Below, piece after piece: positions 21,261 through 39,435 of a stretch of 64,000 nucleotides of DNA (position 1 is its first letter; the number at the start of each line of letters is the position of its first letter). This DNA comes from the human T2T-CHM13v2.0 reference genome, Homo sapiens. Where the stretch lies: NCBI RefSeq assembly GCF_009914755.1, contig NC_060929.1, one strand, 5' to 3'. The notes beneath the pieces were generated by a model. The model had not been told where the DNA came from, ran no database searches, and saw only the letters and a list, made by a program, of their open reading frames with translations. The translations under genes and the position numbers were made by a program.

Positions 21261-22149
21261 TAAAACTCTGGTTTTTATATGACTGAAAGTCTGTAGAATA
21301 TGAAAGACAACTGAATTTAATTATTATTGCATACATCTGGGTGTTTTGTTAACAGGCTAGCAAAGTTTAAATGAGTAATAAAGACAGGTATAACTAATGA
21401 ATTATACTTATCCCCACCTCCAATTTTTTCTTAATTTATTTCAGCCAAAACACTAACATTGCTGTTATAATCAAGATTTTTCCAAATAATTTGGAATTAT
21501 TAACAGTAACTATCTAAAGGTTAAAATTATAAATCATATCCAAAATACCTGCAATTTGATATTTTCCTCAAAAAGTATAAATTACAATAAAGGTAATAAG
21601 TCAAAAAGCATTTTTCATGTGTAATCACACAGCTAGGTTTTTCTAAATTATTCGAAATTGTGAGGATTAAAAAGGAAAACTCAAATTAATAGTAATGAAC
21701 CTCAACATTTAATAAGTTATTTAAGTGAACAACATTTTGATTTGAATTACATTTTGAAAATTTAATTACCTCTTATTAAATAGTTTCATATAAATAAAGT
21801 CTATTTAAAGTTATTTAAGTGCATTTAAAAATAAAAAAGTTTATTTAAAAAGTTACTTAAATAATTTCATTCTAATTACATTTTGAAAATTTAATTACCT
21901 CTTATTAAATAGTTTTATTTATATAAAACTATTTACAATTCTAGCATTCCATCTTGTAGCTGACATGGGAGAAATTATGATGTAGCATGCTATGGGAACT
22001 GAAAGGTGATATGGATTGTTTAATATTTTGCAGGATGCTCCTCAGCTACCATGTTGCAAACTCATATGTACCTCTGGAGCCATGAATTGGAAAACAAATG
22101 GAAGCAAAAACATAGCTGGCCTCTGGGGAAAGAACATTTTGTTATGCTA

Positions 22150-22812
22150 TGTTGGGAGGGAAAATAAAGGTGTGATACCTTTCCTCAGTCATCATAAGGG
22201 TCATGGGGACACTCTTGTAACATAAAACAGGTTATAGATGACACGAAAACACATCATGATTTATTTAATCAAAGTTTTACTGCCACATAAGTCCTCAGAA
22301 ATGAAGACCCAAAGAATCAGGGAAAACTTTATTTTTATGTCCAGTTTCTATAAAAGAATGGAGAGCTATGGAGAAATATGATTGAACAAAGGGGAATGAT
22401 CTAATGGTAATAGCCTGAGTGGGAAACCCAGCAAGACCTGCTCTTTGGATTCTTCTTGGCCTCTGCATAGCATTCCTTTCTTCCAGGTATAAAGCAAGAC
22501 CCCTTCTGGTATGAGGGTCTTATGACCTAATACCAGGCAAGGGTAGCACAGAGAATTTCTTTACGGCCAGTTCCCGCACAGAAAGGTGGGGGAAGGTTAG
22601 AGTAATATTTTTAGTTTCTATGACCCACCTTGGGGAAGAGGACTCATAGTTCCCATGGCCTGCCTTGGGGGAAAAGAGAGAGCAGGAGAAAGAGGGGGAG
22701 GAGAAGGTCAGAGGCAGACTTTGCTTCTGAGGCCTTGCCAGCATCTCTTGGTTCAAAGCACTCAGCATGCCAAAGTGCCATACTTTGGGGTATCATTTTT
22801 TGAGCCTCAACA
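22150..22812 (-). mobile_element. ERV1 solo LTR (MER31/MER39-like)
   Basis: Reverse complement begins tgttgaggctcaaaaaatgataccccaaagtatggcactttggcatgctgagtgctttgaa; TG...CA termini. Confidence 0.7.
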
Positions 22813-22881
22813 CTTTAAATCTATTACTTTCATACTATCTGAGGTAAAGGATTTGACAAGACAATTACTGTCTTTTCTTTT

Positions 22882-23973
22882 TTGTTTTTATTATTATTAT
22901 TATTATACTTTAAGTTTTAGGGTACATGTGCACAATGTGCAGGTTAGTTACATATGTATACATGTGTCATGCTGGTGCGCTGCACCCACTAACTCGTCAT
23001 CTAGCATTAGGTATATCTCCCAATGCTATCCCTGCCCCCTCCCCCCACCCCACAACAGTCCCCAGAGTGTGATGTTCCCCTTTCTGTGTCCATGTGTTCT
23101 CTTTGTTCAATTCCCACCTATGAATGAGAATATGCGGTGTTTGGTTTTTTGTTCTTGCGATAGTTTACTGAGAATGATGATTTCCAATTTCATCCATGTC
23201 CCTACAAAGGACATGAACTCATTATTTTTTATGGCTGCATAGTATTCCATGGTGTATATGTGCCACATTTTCTTAATCCAGTCTATGATTGATGGACATT
23301 TGGGTTGGTTCCAAGTGTTTGCTATTGTGAATAATGCCGCAATAAACATACATGTGCATGTGTCTTTATAGCAGCATGATTTATAGTCCTTTGGGTATAT
23401 ACCCAGTAATGGGATGGCTGGGTCAAATGGTATTTCTAGTTCTAGATACCTGAGGAATCGCCACACTGTCTTCCACAATGGTTGAACTAGTTTACAGTCC
23501 CACCAACAGTGTAAAAGTGTTCCTATTTGTCCACATCCTCTCCAGCACCTGTTGTTTCCTGACTTTTTAATGATTGCCATTCTAACTGGTGTGAGATGGT
23601 ATCTCATTGTGGTTTTGATTTGCATTTCTCTGATGGCCAGTGATGGTGAGCATTTTTTCATGTGTTTTTTGACTGCATAAATGTCTTCTTTTGAGAAGTG
23701 TCTGTTCATGTCCTTCGCCCACTTTTTGATGGGTTTGTTTGTTTTTTTCTTGTAAATGTGTTTGAGTTCATTGTAGATTCTGGATATTAGCCCTTTGTCA
23801 GATGAGTAGGTTGCGAAATTTTCTCCCATTTTGTAGGTTGCCTGTTCACTCTGATGGTAGTTTCTTTTGCTGTGCAGAAGCTCTTTAGTTTAATTAGATC
23901 CCATTTGTCAATTTTGTCTTTTGTTGCCATTGCTTTTGGTGTTTTAGACATGAAGTCCTTGCCCATGCCTATG
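22882..23973 (-). mobile_element. 5'-truncated young L1 (L1PA2/3-like), 1.1 kb
   Basis: ORF2 C-terminus (23107-23829); 3' UTR with ctagatgacgagttagtgggtgcagcgcacc; perfect 16-bp TSD TACTGTCTTTTCTTTT at 22866-22881 and 23974-23989. Confidence 0.96.
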
Positions 23974-25369
23974 TACTGTCTTTTCTTTTATGGAAGAACT
24001 TCTGCTGTTCAAATCCTACCCTTGCTCTGAAGCAGTGTCTGTCTCTAATACCAGCAACAGACAACCACAAACGTTCCCAGTTTTTGAACATAAATGTCTT
24101 TTTAGAGGATTCAGGGCAACAGAGGTGGAGAAATGTTTCTTTAGCCTGAATAGTATTAGTTAGGAGAGTAGATATTTAGGATTTGGGGTCACACTGTATC
24201 AGATCTGAGTGTTATTTTGGGGATGTTTGTGATACACATTCTCTCCAAGTGTAGAACCTGGAGCAGGGTACCATCTTGGTCTTGCCTGGGAGTAAGGGCA
24301 ATATTGTGTACATAATTTTGGGCAAATCATTTTTCTGATTTCAGGAATGGAATAATACCTCCTAATCTACTTATTTCATATTTCTCTTAAGAGAATTAAG
24401 ACAATGTGTTTGTATGTCCTTTAAAAATATATTTATAATTTTGGTAAAAGCTTGGTATTGAAGGAGCAGAAACCTTTGCAAACATAAAGTTTATTGTTTG
24501 TCTGGATTTCTTTTGTGTGTGTATGTATTAACAAAACAATTAGAGAGTGAATTAAGAGGATATATTGTTCTTACCATATATCAAGTGTCAATCAGCTAGG
24601 AATTTCTATTCAGACAGGCCTTCATGCATAGGATTCTGAAGAGGTTTATATTATTTACCTTACTGATATCCTAAAGCACATTAAAAATTCTATGTGTACA
24701 AAGTGAAATGGAGATGGCATTTATCTAATAAAGTCAAGCCATATAAGTGGTTGGCTATTCATTTGCATATGAGGGTGACATTACCAGTTCCATCTCCCTA
24801 ATAAGACAAATTCACTGAAATCTTGCCTTCTTATGTCTTTATTTTGCTCATTTTTTTCTAATAAAACTTTCCAGGTTTTAAGAACATATTTAGTGTCAGA
24901 GTCTAAGCTAAATTTTACATGTAGTGTCTCATTTAGTCCTCATAATAACCAGCTTTTATTATTATGATCCCTATTATAAAATAAGCACAGGCAAAACAAT
25001 TTGCTCAGGATTATGTAGGTAGTGAGTGAAAGGACTAAAACAAGATTAGTCTAATTTCAAAGCCCATGCTCTAAATTATTACACTGTACTGTCTGCTGTA
25101 GAGATTGTTGAAAATGCCAATCCAGGTTCCAGGATAGAATCACCTGTTATTGACTTCTCTGTTTGTACTAGTGATGCTGGTAACCCTGGGATCTTTCACT
25201 CGGCTTGACTTTAGAGAAAAATCTGTCTGACCCAGAATTATGAGTTGGAGGCATCCTGGCCTGATTTGCATGACCTCAGTTGTGTAGTTGTGTAGGGTTG
25301 TACAAAATGCTGACTTTGAAGGCTCTGGTTCAGGATAGTGTATAACTTTGATGTGAACAAAAAGATCAG

Positions 25370-25810
25370 CGTGTTGTTTCAAGCACAGCTGTGTAATCAA
25401 AGCCACACAGCCTAGATGGATTTCAGCTAATTGGTTCAATGGAAACTTACAGCTGGAATGTGATGGAATGAAGCTGTCTGCTGTTATTCAGGCAAACCAA
25501 CCTCGGTCACGTTCCCTGGCCACCACTGAAACAAATGTCCTACTTTGTAAAGAGGCACCGAGTGGCGGCACACAAATAGCTAAGCTGTTTAACATTTGCA
25601 GACATTCACGGTAATGTATCAGCTGTCAATACGCTGCACACACATTGGGGGGGATCGTGACAGCATTGCTGACACGCTATTGATTCATGGCACAGGCTGT
25701 TTATCTGTGACAAGAAAACATCAGTTGATATTGACAAATCATCTGAAAATACTCACCTACTTGCACTCTATCAAGTTGAGTGAAATACACAGTAAACTGA
25801 CTGCCGGGAG
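25370..25810. promoter_or_regulatory. Candidate conserved non-coding element / enhancer
   Basis: No repeat recognised; CpGs retained; clustered CAGCTG E-boxes, TGACAG/CTGTCA, ATCAAAG and TAATTG motifs. Inferred from composition only. Confidence 0.4.
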
Positions 25811-26839
25811 TCAAGATAGATCCACAGAAAGAGAGTACTCGTCATACATTAGATATTCTCTATAAATACACAGCTCTGGTTTATTGATGATAAAGAAGTA
25901 GTTTTCTCACTGTAAGGCCAAAGACTGAATACCAGTTATGTAAATAATAGGAAAGAACAATGAGTGAATTCAGAGTGGGGCTTATTTACAAAATTCTGTC
26001 TTTCTCGCTGACCTTAAAAAATGAGTGTGAGAAACTGCCTGGTGTGCAGTGCTAGGCGGGCAAAAGTCTCCAACAGATTAGGAAGATAAAAGTATGCTTT
26101 TGTCTGAAAGATCCATGATCAGGGTTGAGGGTTTTTACTTGAGATAATATTTTACAAACACATTACAGGACTTTGCTCACCATTTCCTGTTGGGGTGGCT
26201 ATTGAAATGCTGCGACATAGCACTAAATATAATGAAAAGAGTAAAGATTTAGTTGGTTAGGTGAGTGAAGATTCAATGCCCCATTCACTCAACCTTTTAA
26301 AAGCACTAAGCATTTTAAGTAAGTTTCATAGCCTTTGATCAACAAAAATTTTTAAATTGTGGTGCCGTGCACATTATGTCAAACTACAGTGTTGTATTTA
26401 GGTTATCTGAAAAAAGACTGCCATTGGTCTAAAAATACTGTTTCAAAGAATGTATTCACTCATTCAATCAAGATTTATTGAGCATCTACTGTTTGTCATG
26501 CACTCCGCTGGGTGGAAGAGATATAGCTGAGAACAGGAAACAAATTCCTTACTTCATGGGTTTATTTTCTAGTTTTGAGGGGAGACAAAAATATTAAACA
26601 AATATTTAAATAACTTCAAGTTGCAATAAGTGACATGTAGGAAACAAAGATAGTTTGAATCAGATCTGCCACATGCAGCAAAAAAAGTCTTCCCTGGTAA
26701 GCTTAGCCGTGTTGACCATATCTGAATGTTCATTAAGTCTTCCATGGACTCATGTACCCATAGTGATATGGGGTTAGGGAAGACAACTTGTATCTACTAT
26801 GTGCCATGCACTGTAGTAGGTGCTGTTAGAAAGATTAAG

Positions 26840-27080
26840 GATTGTGAGTAGCAGCTTGGCAGGCGGAGCTCAGGATGTAAATGAAGACAGAATATCTTTA
26901 GTTTAAAACCTGCCTCTACTATATTCTACTACTGTGACCCTGGGAAAGTCACTTAAACTCGCTGAGCTTCAGTTTCCTCATTTATAAAATGGAGATCACA
27001 TTTTGCTGGGTTGAAGTAAGGATTAAATGAGATATTATGTGTGCAATATGTGGTACATAAGAGGTGATCAATTAATTTAT
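26840..27080 (+). mobile_element. MIR SINE
   Basis: tgtgaccctgggaaagtcacttaaactcgctgagcttcagtttcctcatttataaaatgg...aggattaaatgagat is a MIR core. Confidence 0.8.
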
Positions 27081-27300
27081 TGAATGTTTATAATCTTCTG
27101 ATATGGTTGGTACCAAGTACCACTATACTATGTTTGAGGATCTCAAAGACTATGCAACTTATTTAAATGCTTGGTGCTTTTAAAATGTCAAATAAATGCG
27201 GCATTGGATCCTCATCTAACTGATTTAATTTTTAACCTTTTCATTATATTTAATACTATGTCATAGTAATTCAATAATATTTGCTCCTAATTATTCTTAG

Positions 27301-27375
27301 CACCACTGTAACCATGGCCTCCACCATGACCGCCACTGTCACCATGTCCTCCACCATGACTGCCACTGTCACCAC
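27301..27375. repeat. Short minisatellite, 30-bp unit x ~2.5
   Basis: ccactgt(a/c)accatg(g/t)cctccaccatgac(c/t)g repeated in tandem. Confidence 0.85.
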
Positions 27376-27566
27376 CTCTGCACCTCCAATAGGCCTGTTT
27401 CTATAAGCACGTTCCCTTTGTTGAGCCCCTCTGATATGCCAGACAATATGCTACACTGTGAAACATATTATCTCATATAATTCTCACAACAATCCCATGT
27501 GATAATGTAAAAACCTCTCATGCTATAGATGGAAAAATGGAAGCCCTCTCTGTATTAAGAAATTAA

Positions 27567-31642
<4,076 letters not shown>

Positions 31643-31644
<2 letters not shown>

Positions 31645-31888
31645 AAGGGGTCAGGGAGTTCCCTTTCATAGTCAAAGAAAGGGGTGATAGATGGCACCTG
31701 GAAAATAGGGTCACTCCCACCCTAATACTGTGCTTTTCTGACGGGCTTAGAAAACGGCGCACCAGGAGATAATATCCCGCACCTGGCTCAGAGGGTCCTA
31801 TGCCCAGGGAGTCTGGCTGATTGCTAACACAGCAGTCTGAGATCAAACTGCAAGGAGGCAGCGAGGCTGGGGGAGGGGCGCCCGCCAT
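31643..31888 (-). CDS. L1 ORF0 homolog (81 aa, open)
   Basis: MAGAPPPASLPPCSLISDCCVSNQPDSLGIGPSEPG...VRRFLS...IRVGVT.FSRC matches primate L1 ORF0; the TAA stop spans the inversion junction. Expression unknown. Confidence 0.75.
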
Positions 31889-32618
31889 TGCCCAGGCTTG
31901 CTTAGGTAAACAAAGCAGCTGGGAAGCTCGAACTGGGTGAAGCCCACCACAGCTCAAGGAGGCCTGCCTGCCTCTGTAGGCTCCACCTCTGGGGGCAGGG
32001 CACAGACAAACAAAAAGACAGCAGTAACCTCTGCAGACTTAAATGTCCCTGTCTGACAGCTTTGAAGAGAGCATTGGTTCTCCCAGCACGCAGCTGGAGA
32101 TCTGAGAACGGGCAGACTGCCTCCTCAAGTGGGTCCCTGACCCCTGACCCCTGAGCAACCTAACTGGGAGGCACCCCCCAGTAGGGGCAGACTGACCCCT
32201 CACAGGCCGGGTACTCCTCTGAGACAAAACTTCCAGAGGAACAATCAGACAGCAGCATTCACGGTTCACAAAAATCCGCTGTTCTGATGCCACCGCTGCT
32301 GATACCCAGGCAAACAGGGTCTGGAGTGGACCTCTAGCAAACTCCAACAGACCTGCAGCTGAGGGTCCTGTCTGTCAGAAGGAAAACTAACAAACAGAAA
32401 GGGCATCCACAACAAAAACCTATCTGTACATCACCATCATCAAAGATCAAAAGTAGATAAAACCACAAAGATGGGGAAAAAACAGAGCAGAAAAACTGGA
32501 AACTAAAAAGCAGAGCGCCTTTCCTCCTCCAAAGGAACGCAGTTCCTCACCAGCAATTGAACAAAGCTGGACAGAGAATGACTTTGACAAGTTGAGAGAA
32601 GAAAGCTTCAGAGGATCA
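31645..32618 (+). mobile_element. Inverted 5' segment of L1 copy C (5' UTR lacking its first ~200 nt, plus start of ORF1)
   Basis: L1PA 5' UTR (aaggggtcagggagttccc...), ORF1 ATG at 32471 (atggggaaaaaacagagc). Ends at ...gatca, which in L1 continues into aactactcc, the reverse complement of the sequence ending at 31644. Confidence 0.93.
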
Positions 32619-33159
32619 CAGAAAATGTAAGTTTATACTTAGAGTAAGAATGGATGCTTTCATAAAGTTTATTCTGTGTCAGACACTGTTCTAAGGGCTT
32701 TACATACATTAACTCATTTGATCCCTACAATTTGCAGAAAACATTATATTCCTTCTTGCCAGATAAAGAGACTGAGACATAAGAGGTTAAGTATCTTGCA
32801 CAATTGATGAGTAGAGGAAGTCAGAGACTGAATCCGGATTCTCTGGCTCCATAGTCAATGTGCTATACAGTCAACCAGTCTACATACTACAGCATAAGTA
32901 TCAATACAGGAAGGGAAAATATGGCAAAAATAGGAAGGATGCTACTCAAAAGACACTGCCCTAAGTTTTTTTTTTGGAATTACAGATTTGTGTCTTAGTT
33001 AAATCTTTGCCCGGAATAAAAGGTGCCTGCTCAAAAAATGATGTCATAGGTGAACAAATGAATGAATTTGTTTTCTATATCACAACCAGTGGCACCTCTC
33101 TAAAGCTCAAATTATATCATTTAACTCTTCTGCTTAAACTCCTTTAGTGGCTTCCTATG

Positions 33160-33342
33160 AAGGTTGTCAGATTAAGTAAATACAAACACAGAATACCCAG
33201 TTATTTGGATTTCAAATAAACAATGATTTTTTAATAGTATGTTTTTAATAATAATTAAGACATATTTATACCGAAAAAGTTATTTGTTGTTTATTTGAAA
33301 TTCACATTTAGCTGGGCCTTCTACATTTTATCTGGCAACCTT
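33160..33342. mobile_element. MER53 palindromic MITE
   Basis: TIRs aaggttgtcagat / atctggcaacctt and an internal inverted repeat tttcaaataaacaa / ttgtttatttgaaa. Confidence 0.85.
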
Positions 33343-34529
33343 GCTCTCAATTGCCCTCAGAATAATGTCCAAATTATTTAATTGCTTTGGAGTTTGTGAT
33401 GTGCTTGTAGCTTATTTCTTCAACCTCTTGAGGTTTTTACACCATTCCCCACTTAGACTTTATGTTCTAGACATGCCTGAATATTTGCAGTTCCCTGAAC
33501 GAATCTTTTTCTCTGAACTTCTGGCCTTTTCACAGGATATTCTCTTATTCTTACCATTCTTTACCTAACTTTTTTGTTAGATCAGATAAGAAGTCGCTCC
33601 TCCAAAATGTAGGTTAGGAGCAACCATGCCTTCCTCTTTTCCAAGCAGAGTTCCCATTACACTGTCTAGTAATAGTCAGATAAACAATTTTAATTGTTTG
33701 TCTCTCTCTAGACTTCAGGCTCTTTGAAGGTAGGGGGATATCCATCTTGCTCAATGTTGCATCCTTTTGTCTGCCTGGCACATAATAGAATCTGAAGCAA
33801 TATTTGGTGAATAAAGTGATCTCAAAAGTGTAATTATGGAGAAAGTTAGAGTCTCCTTGCCCACTTTGTTTATTCAGAAAACAAGGAGCCAACAAAGTAT
33901 TCGTAATAAAGTGACTATTGGTGCATATGTGTATTCTGCATGTTTTGCCCATGTCAGATCCATTTTTTACATGAATATATTTAACATTATTACAAAGTTT
34001 TAAAATTTTGTGTCTCAGGTAAGCTATACATGATTGGCTCCTTTCAGCAGCAGTGTCTGTGTGGTTAAAATCAATGGTATAAAAATTATGGCTTTAATCA
34101 TTCTGATAAATCATTGTAACTTTAGAGCTTATTTATCAATTTCTACAGAATTTAATATCAAGATGTAGTTTACCCAGCTGATTCTGTTTGCTTATTGGCA
34201 ACCTTTATATAGTCTGAATGTATAAGACGATGATGAACACCACATAAAATCCATACTGTATAGTACTAGTGCTGAGCAACTCAAGGCCTCTCAGGGATTT
34301 TCCTAGCAAATCTTATCCTAGAACTTAGACTGATCAGTAAGCAATCATTAATGTAGCCATTTTTCATGGAGGACTACTGTACAGTCATTTGCGATTGTGC
34401 TATGCTAATGTGGATCTGGCATTTTCATCATGCAGTTCACTGAATACGAACTTGCCAAATTGTTCTTTTCTATCAAGCTCAAGTTTCACCCAAATCTACA
34501 CGAACTTTTTCCATGAATTTAGAAAATGG

Positions 34530-35021
34530 CAACTGGGCAGCCCATGCTACTTGACTCTGGAGGCGGGGCTCAGACACCAGGCCAAATAGAGAACGAGCTA
34601 AAACAGGTCCAGCGGGGGAAACAGCTTTCCATAAGGCAAACCCCACCAGTGGACCACATTAGTTTGCCATTGCCATGGCAACATCTGGAAGTTGCTGCCT
34701 TATTCTATAATAATGACCAAACAACTTGAAGTTGTCACTCTTTTCCTAGGAATTTCTGCATATAATTTAAAGTAGGTATAAATATGCATGCAGACATGCC
34801 TTTGAGCTGCCACTCTGGGCACACTGCCTATGGGGTAGTCCTACTCTGCAAGGAGCAGTACCTCTGCTGGCTGCTGTTCACTGCTGCTTCAATAAAAGTT
34901 GCTGTTTAACACCACCAGTTCACCCTTGAATTCCTCACTGGGCAAAGCCAAGAACCCCTGGGTAGAGCCAAAAACCCTCCCAGGCTAAGCCTCAATTTTG
35001 GGCCTTTCTTGTCCTGCATCA
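34530..35021 (+). mobile_element. ERV1 solo LTR (LTR9/MER61-like)
   Basis: ttgccatggcaac X-box, tataaat, aataaaagttgctgtttaacaccacc, and end ctaagcctcaattttggg...gtcctgcatca. Left boundary uncertain. Confidence 0.7.
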
Positions 35022-36237
35022 CTACCAGTTCCTTTCTGGATAATAAAGCTGGCTTCAAATAGAGAGTATAGAATTTTGAGTCAAAGATCACTCTGAAGAC
35101 TTTCTGCTTTTGTTAGTCTTTGAGACTCCTCTACCTTCTTTGTAAAATGGAACTAATAATATGAATTTTTGGAAAAGTTGTTTTAGGTTTCTAACCTTTT
35201 AAAGATATTTTAAGCTCAGCCATTATCATCAGAAAATGTTGTTTGTCTGCCTGTGTTTTTTGTCTGCCTACTGCCTGCCCACTTCTCTGCCTCTCTTTTA
35301 TGTGCTTGGAAGTACACATGCACACACACACACCCCTGGAAAATTTGAATGGAAACACCTCTGGTACCCATGGAAAAAGTACTGGCTCAAACCATCCATA
35401 GCTTAGCTGAATATTAGGGAAGCCAGCCTCCTCTGTACTGCTTTCACATTACTCCACTTTAGGATGTCTAAATATTAGCAAGTCTAGTGAGCAGATCACC
35501 TTATTTCTAATTGTTATTCCAAGTGATATCAAATGAACTTGATGAGGGTCTTGATTAACAGCTGATGGGAATGTAACCACTATCCTTCTACATCTTCATA
35601 TGTCTCAACACTGAAGTTCTAATACTTAAAAAGTGTTATGCATGTCTATTTCTTGCAGCCTTAAAAAACCTGCTGAAAATACAATTGTCTAAAATTTTAT
35701 TGCCAGAACTGACAACTGGGAAAAAATATATGATTAATAATATTTATAGTAATTTGTTTCTAATAATGAAAAATTTGAAATAACAGAAACATCAAAAACT
35801 GGTGGAAATTAGTGGCTATGCTTTACAAATTTTATCATTGAGCAGGGCCATCAGAATCTTACTCTAATAAAGCTATATGCTGGGAAGCCCCTGGATTCAC
35901 CTGGCTACACTGAGGACCAAGTGGATTAACAGCTTGAGATGTACCTGAAGTCCATTCATGGCATGCTGACTGGAAAGTTCTAAACTAAAGCATTTGCTTA
36001 CAATGGGGTATTTTAATTAGCAAAAATGGTCATATAAATCTAAATGAAAAGATTTCTACAGCAGATTGCATAGGAAAAAAGGTTACAGTTAAGTATATAT
36101 AGTTTACACAATTTATGCATATGTGCATGCCTGAACAGCTGTTTGGAGTGAGTCAGCAATATCATATTATGAAGTGATAGGATTCTGGGTTCTAATTTAA
36201 ATATATATATATTTGTTATATAAAAATTTTTACCAGT

Positions 36238-37220
<983 letters not shown>

Positions 37221-37959
37221 TTACCATTATCAAGTATACTTTTCCCAAAATAATAATCCTATATAACAGGAGAAGTTTCTCACCTACTGTTGTGGTCTTG
37301 AGTCTATCCTCCTCCACCCTATTTATTTCCCATCAGGTGATAGACTTGCATTTTGAGAGATCAACTTCACTTTTCTGGGGATGTGTCATGATTAGTTCAA
37401 GTGAACTTTGTTAATTCCATTTATTTTATCAGTGATTGATACAAGCAACTCTGTCTAAGGTAATAAGAACATGTCAATTTTCAGTTCACAAGGACTGGCT
37501 CAAGTTTGAGGATCTGACTCAGTTTGAAACAGTGAGGTGGAATTAAAGTTTATTAATGGTTTCTGGAAAAGTTTCCTTGCTTTTAAAATAGAGACTCAAA
37601 GAATATATTATCTCTTTTTCTATGGATTTTTTTTTTCAGTTGCCGATGTGCCACTTTGCCTGAGCATTGGATCTAACTAAGAGAATTAAAAAGAAATAGA
37701 GTCAGAGTCCCAAATTAAGCACGCCAGTCTTATTTTACTGTTACCAGAACAAATACTTTTCCTTATAGCTTAATGCTGTTTGATTTCATTGCTGTTGAAA
37801 GCATTTTAATAGGTTCATCCACTTGATTGGTGGCAAGAATAGAGTTATCCCACCTCCAGGCATCATGTCAAAGATATCTTGTAAGATATGGTGATGTATG
37901 TAATGTTTAACATATATATGTTAAAGAAACAAAACAAAAATTTCACAAATTGTTCATCT

Positions 37960-38240
37960 CAGCATTGTGGAAATGTGCAAGCCATATCTATAATTTTAAA
38001 ATTTCTAGTTGCCACATTTTAAAAAGTAAATATAAACAGGTAAAATTAAATTAAATAATATATTTTATTTAACCATCATAGATGAAAATCTTTTACACAT
38101 TTAATCAATACAAAATATTAATGACTTATTGTATTTTGGGGAGCAGTAAGCATGTGATGTCTGTTGTATATTTTATACTTAGGGCACATCTCCATTTGGG
38201 TAGCTGCAGTTTGAGTGCTCAGAAGTCACACGTGGCTAGC
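37960..38240. mobile_element. MER33-like hAT relic
   Basis: aaatttctagttgccacattttaaaaagtaaa...aaacaggtaaaattaa...ataatatattttatttaacc. Confidence 0.7.
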
Positions 38241-38269
38241 ATTATTAAATACCATAAGTCGATTTCCAC

Positions 38270-38416
38270 GCTAGTATTTTCTACATGCCAGAAACATCAG
38301 CAAGATTGGGAGCCTGTTAGAAATACAATCTTAGTCCCCACCCCAGACTTAGTGAATCAGAATCTGCATTTTAACAAGATTATCAGGTGATTTATTTTTA
38401 TATTAAAGTTTGAGTA
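38270..38416. mobile_element. MER5A relic
   Basis: gttagaaatacaa...ccccaccccagac...tgaatcagaatctgcattttaacaagat...ttaaagtttgag. Confidence 0.8.
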
Positions 38417-39401
38417 ATTATTATTATTATTGTTATTTCTGTTTTCACTATTATTTTGGTATTAGCAGAAATGAACCACTTGTAGCACATTTTATGACTG
38501 AGCTATGGCAAACTGGGAGTACAGTCAAGGTATGTTGCAGACAAATACCTGAATGCAGACCTGATCAGGGCTGGCATAAATTCTTCAGACTGCCTAGGCC
38601 TTATGCTAGCTCTGAAATGAATGGTGTAAGCCTAATAGTAACAGAAAAGATTGGTTGTAAGCCCCAAGTGAATGGCACAGCTGTAATGTGTTGATGCATT
38701 CCTAATCAACAGATTTATTTATACAGCCTTGTTTTGCATGAGAAATATCTGATATGGGATTGTTGGTAAAATATTTACAGTTCTTCAAGTTTTCTTTTGG
38801 AGAGATGGGCTTGAAATTGAATGGAACAATGTGAGGTCATCATTAGGCCCTTATCACGTGCCAGGTTTCTGTGCATTTGTTTTGGTTTGATTTCTATCTG
38901 CTTTGCATTCTTCTTCATGATAAATGGTACCAAATCATTCGTTAATAATTCCCCATTCAGTGGAAGGGAGAGACCAAAGGATTTTCAGAGATAACATAAC
39001 TGGTCTTGAATTCCACAGTGGGCATAAACCTTGGTGCATTTGTCTCCTCTATAGTTATTTTTTCTATTCATCTCGAACCTCATCCGAACAGATAACAAAC
39101 CACTTCATGAACAGATGTGCCACTTATTTATGTAGTTCTGTAATGATAATGAAGAAAATTTAATCTGGAGTGTCTGTAGAAGATGAACTAAAGCCAGATT
39201 GGTATGAATAATAAAGGCTCTGTTGGAATGTTGGGCCCCACATGAAAAGCCAATCATTAAGTACTTGACAATGCTGTCTTTCATATAGTCTAATAGTGTG
39301 TAGAAACAACCACCTCTTGGGTACTGGACTCCACATGCAGCTACTGTTTCTACAGATGCAAACATTCTAAATTGTTTAGAGCATAAGGGAGCATAAAGAA
39401 T

Positions 39402-39403
<2 letters not shown>

Positions 39404-39432
<29 letters not shown>
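39404..39432. repeat. Isolated poly-T tract (~29 nt)
   Basis: Directly visible; no Alu or L1 body attached. Confidence 0.95.

Positions 39433-39435
<3 letters not shown>

Noticed and set aside
22882-23973. Could be the displaced 3' end of L1 copy C
   Set aside because: It has its own perfect 16-bp TSD and overlaps C in L1 coordinates, so it is an independent insertion.
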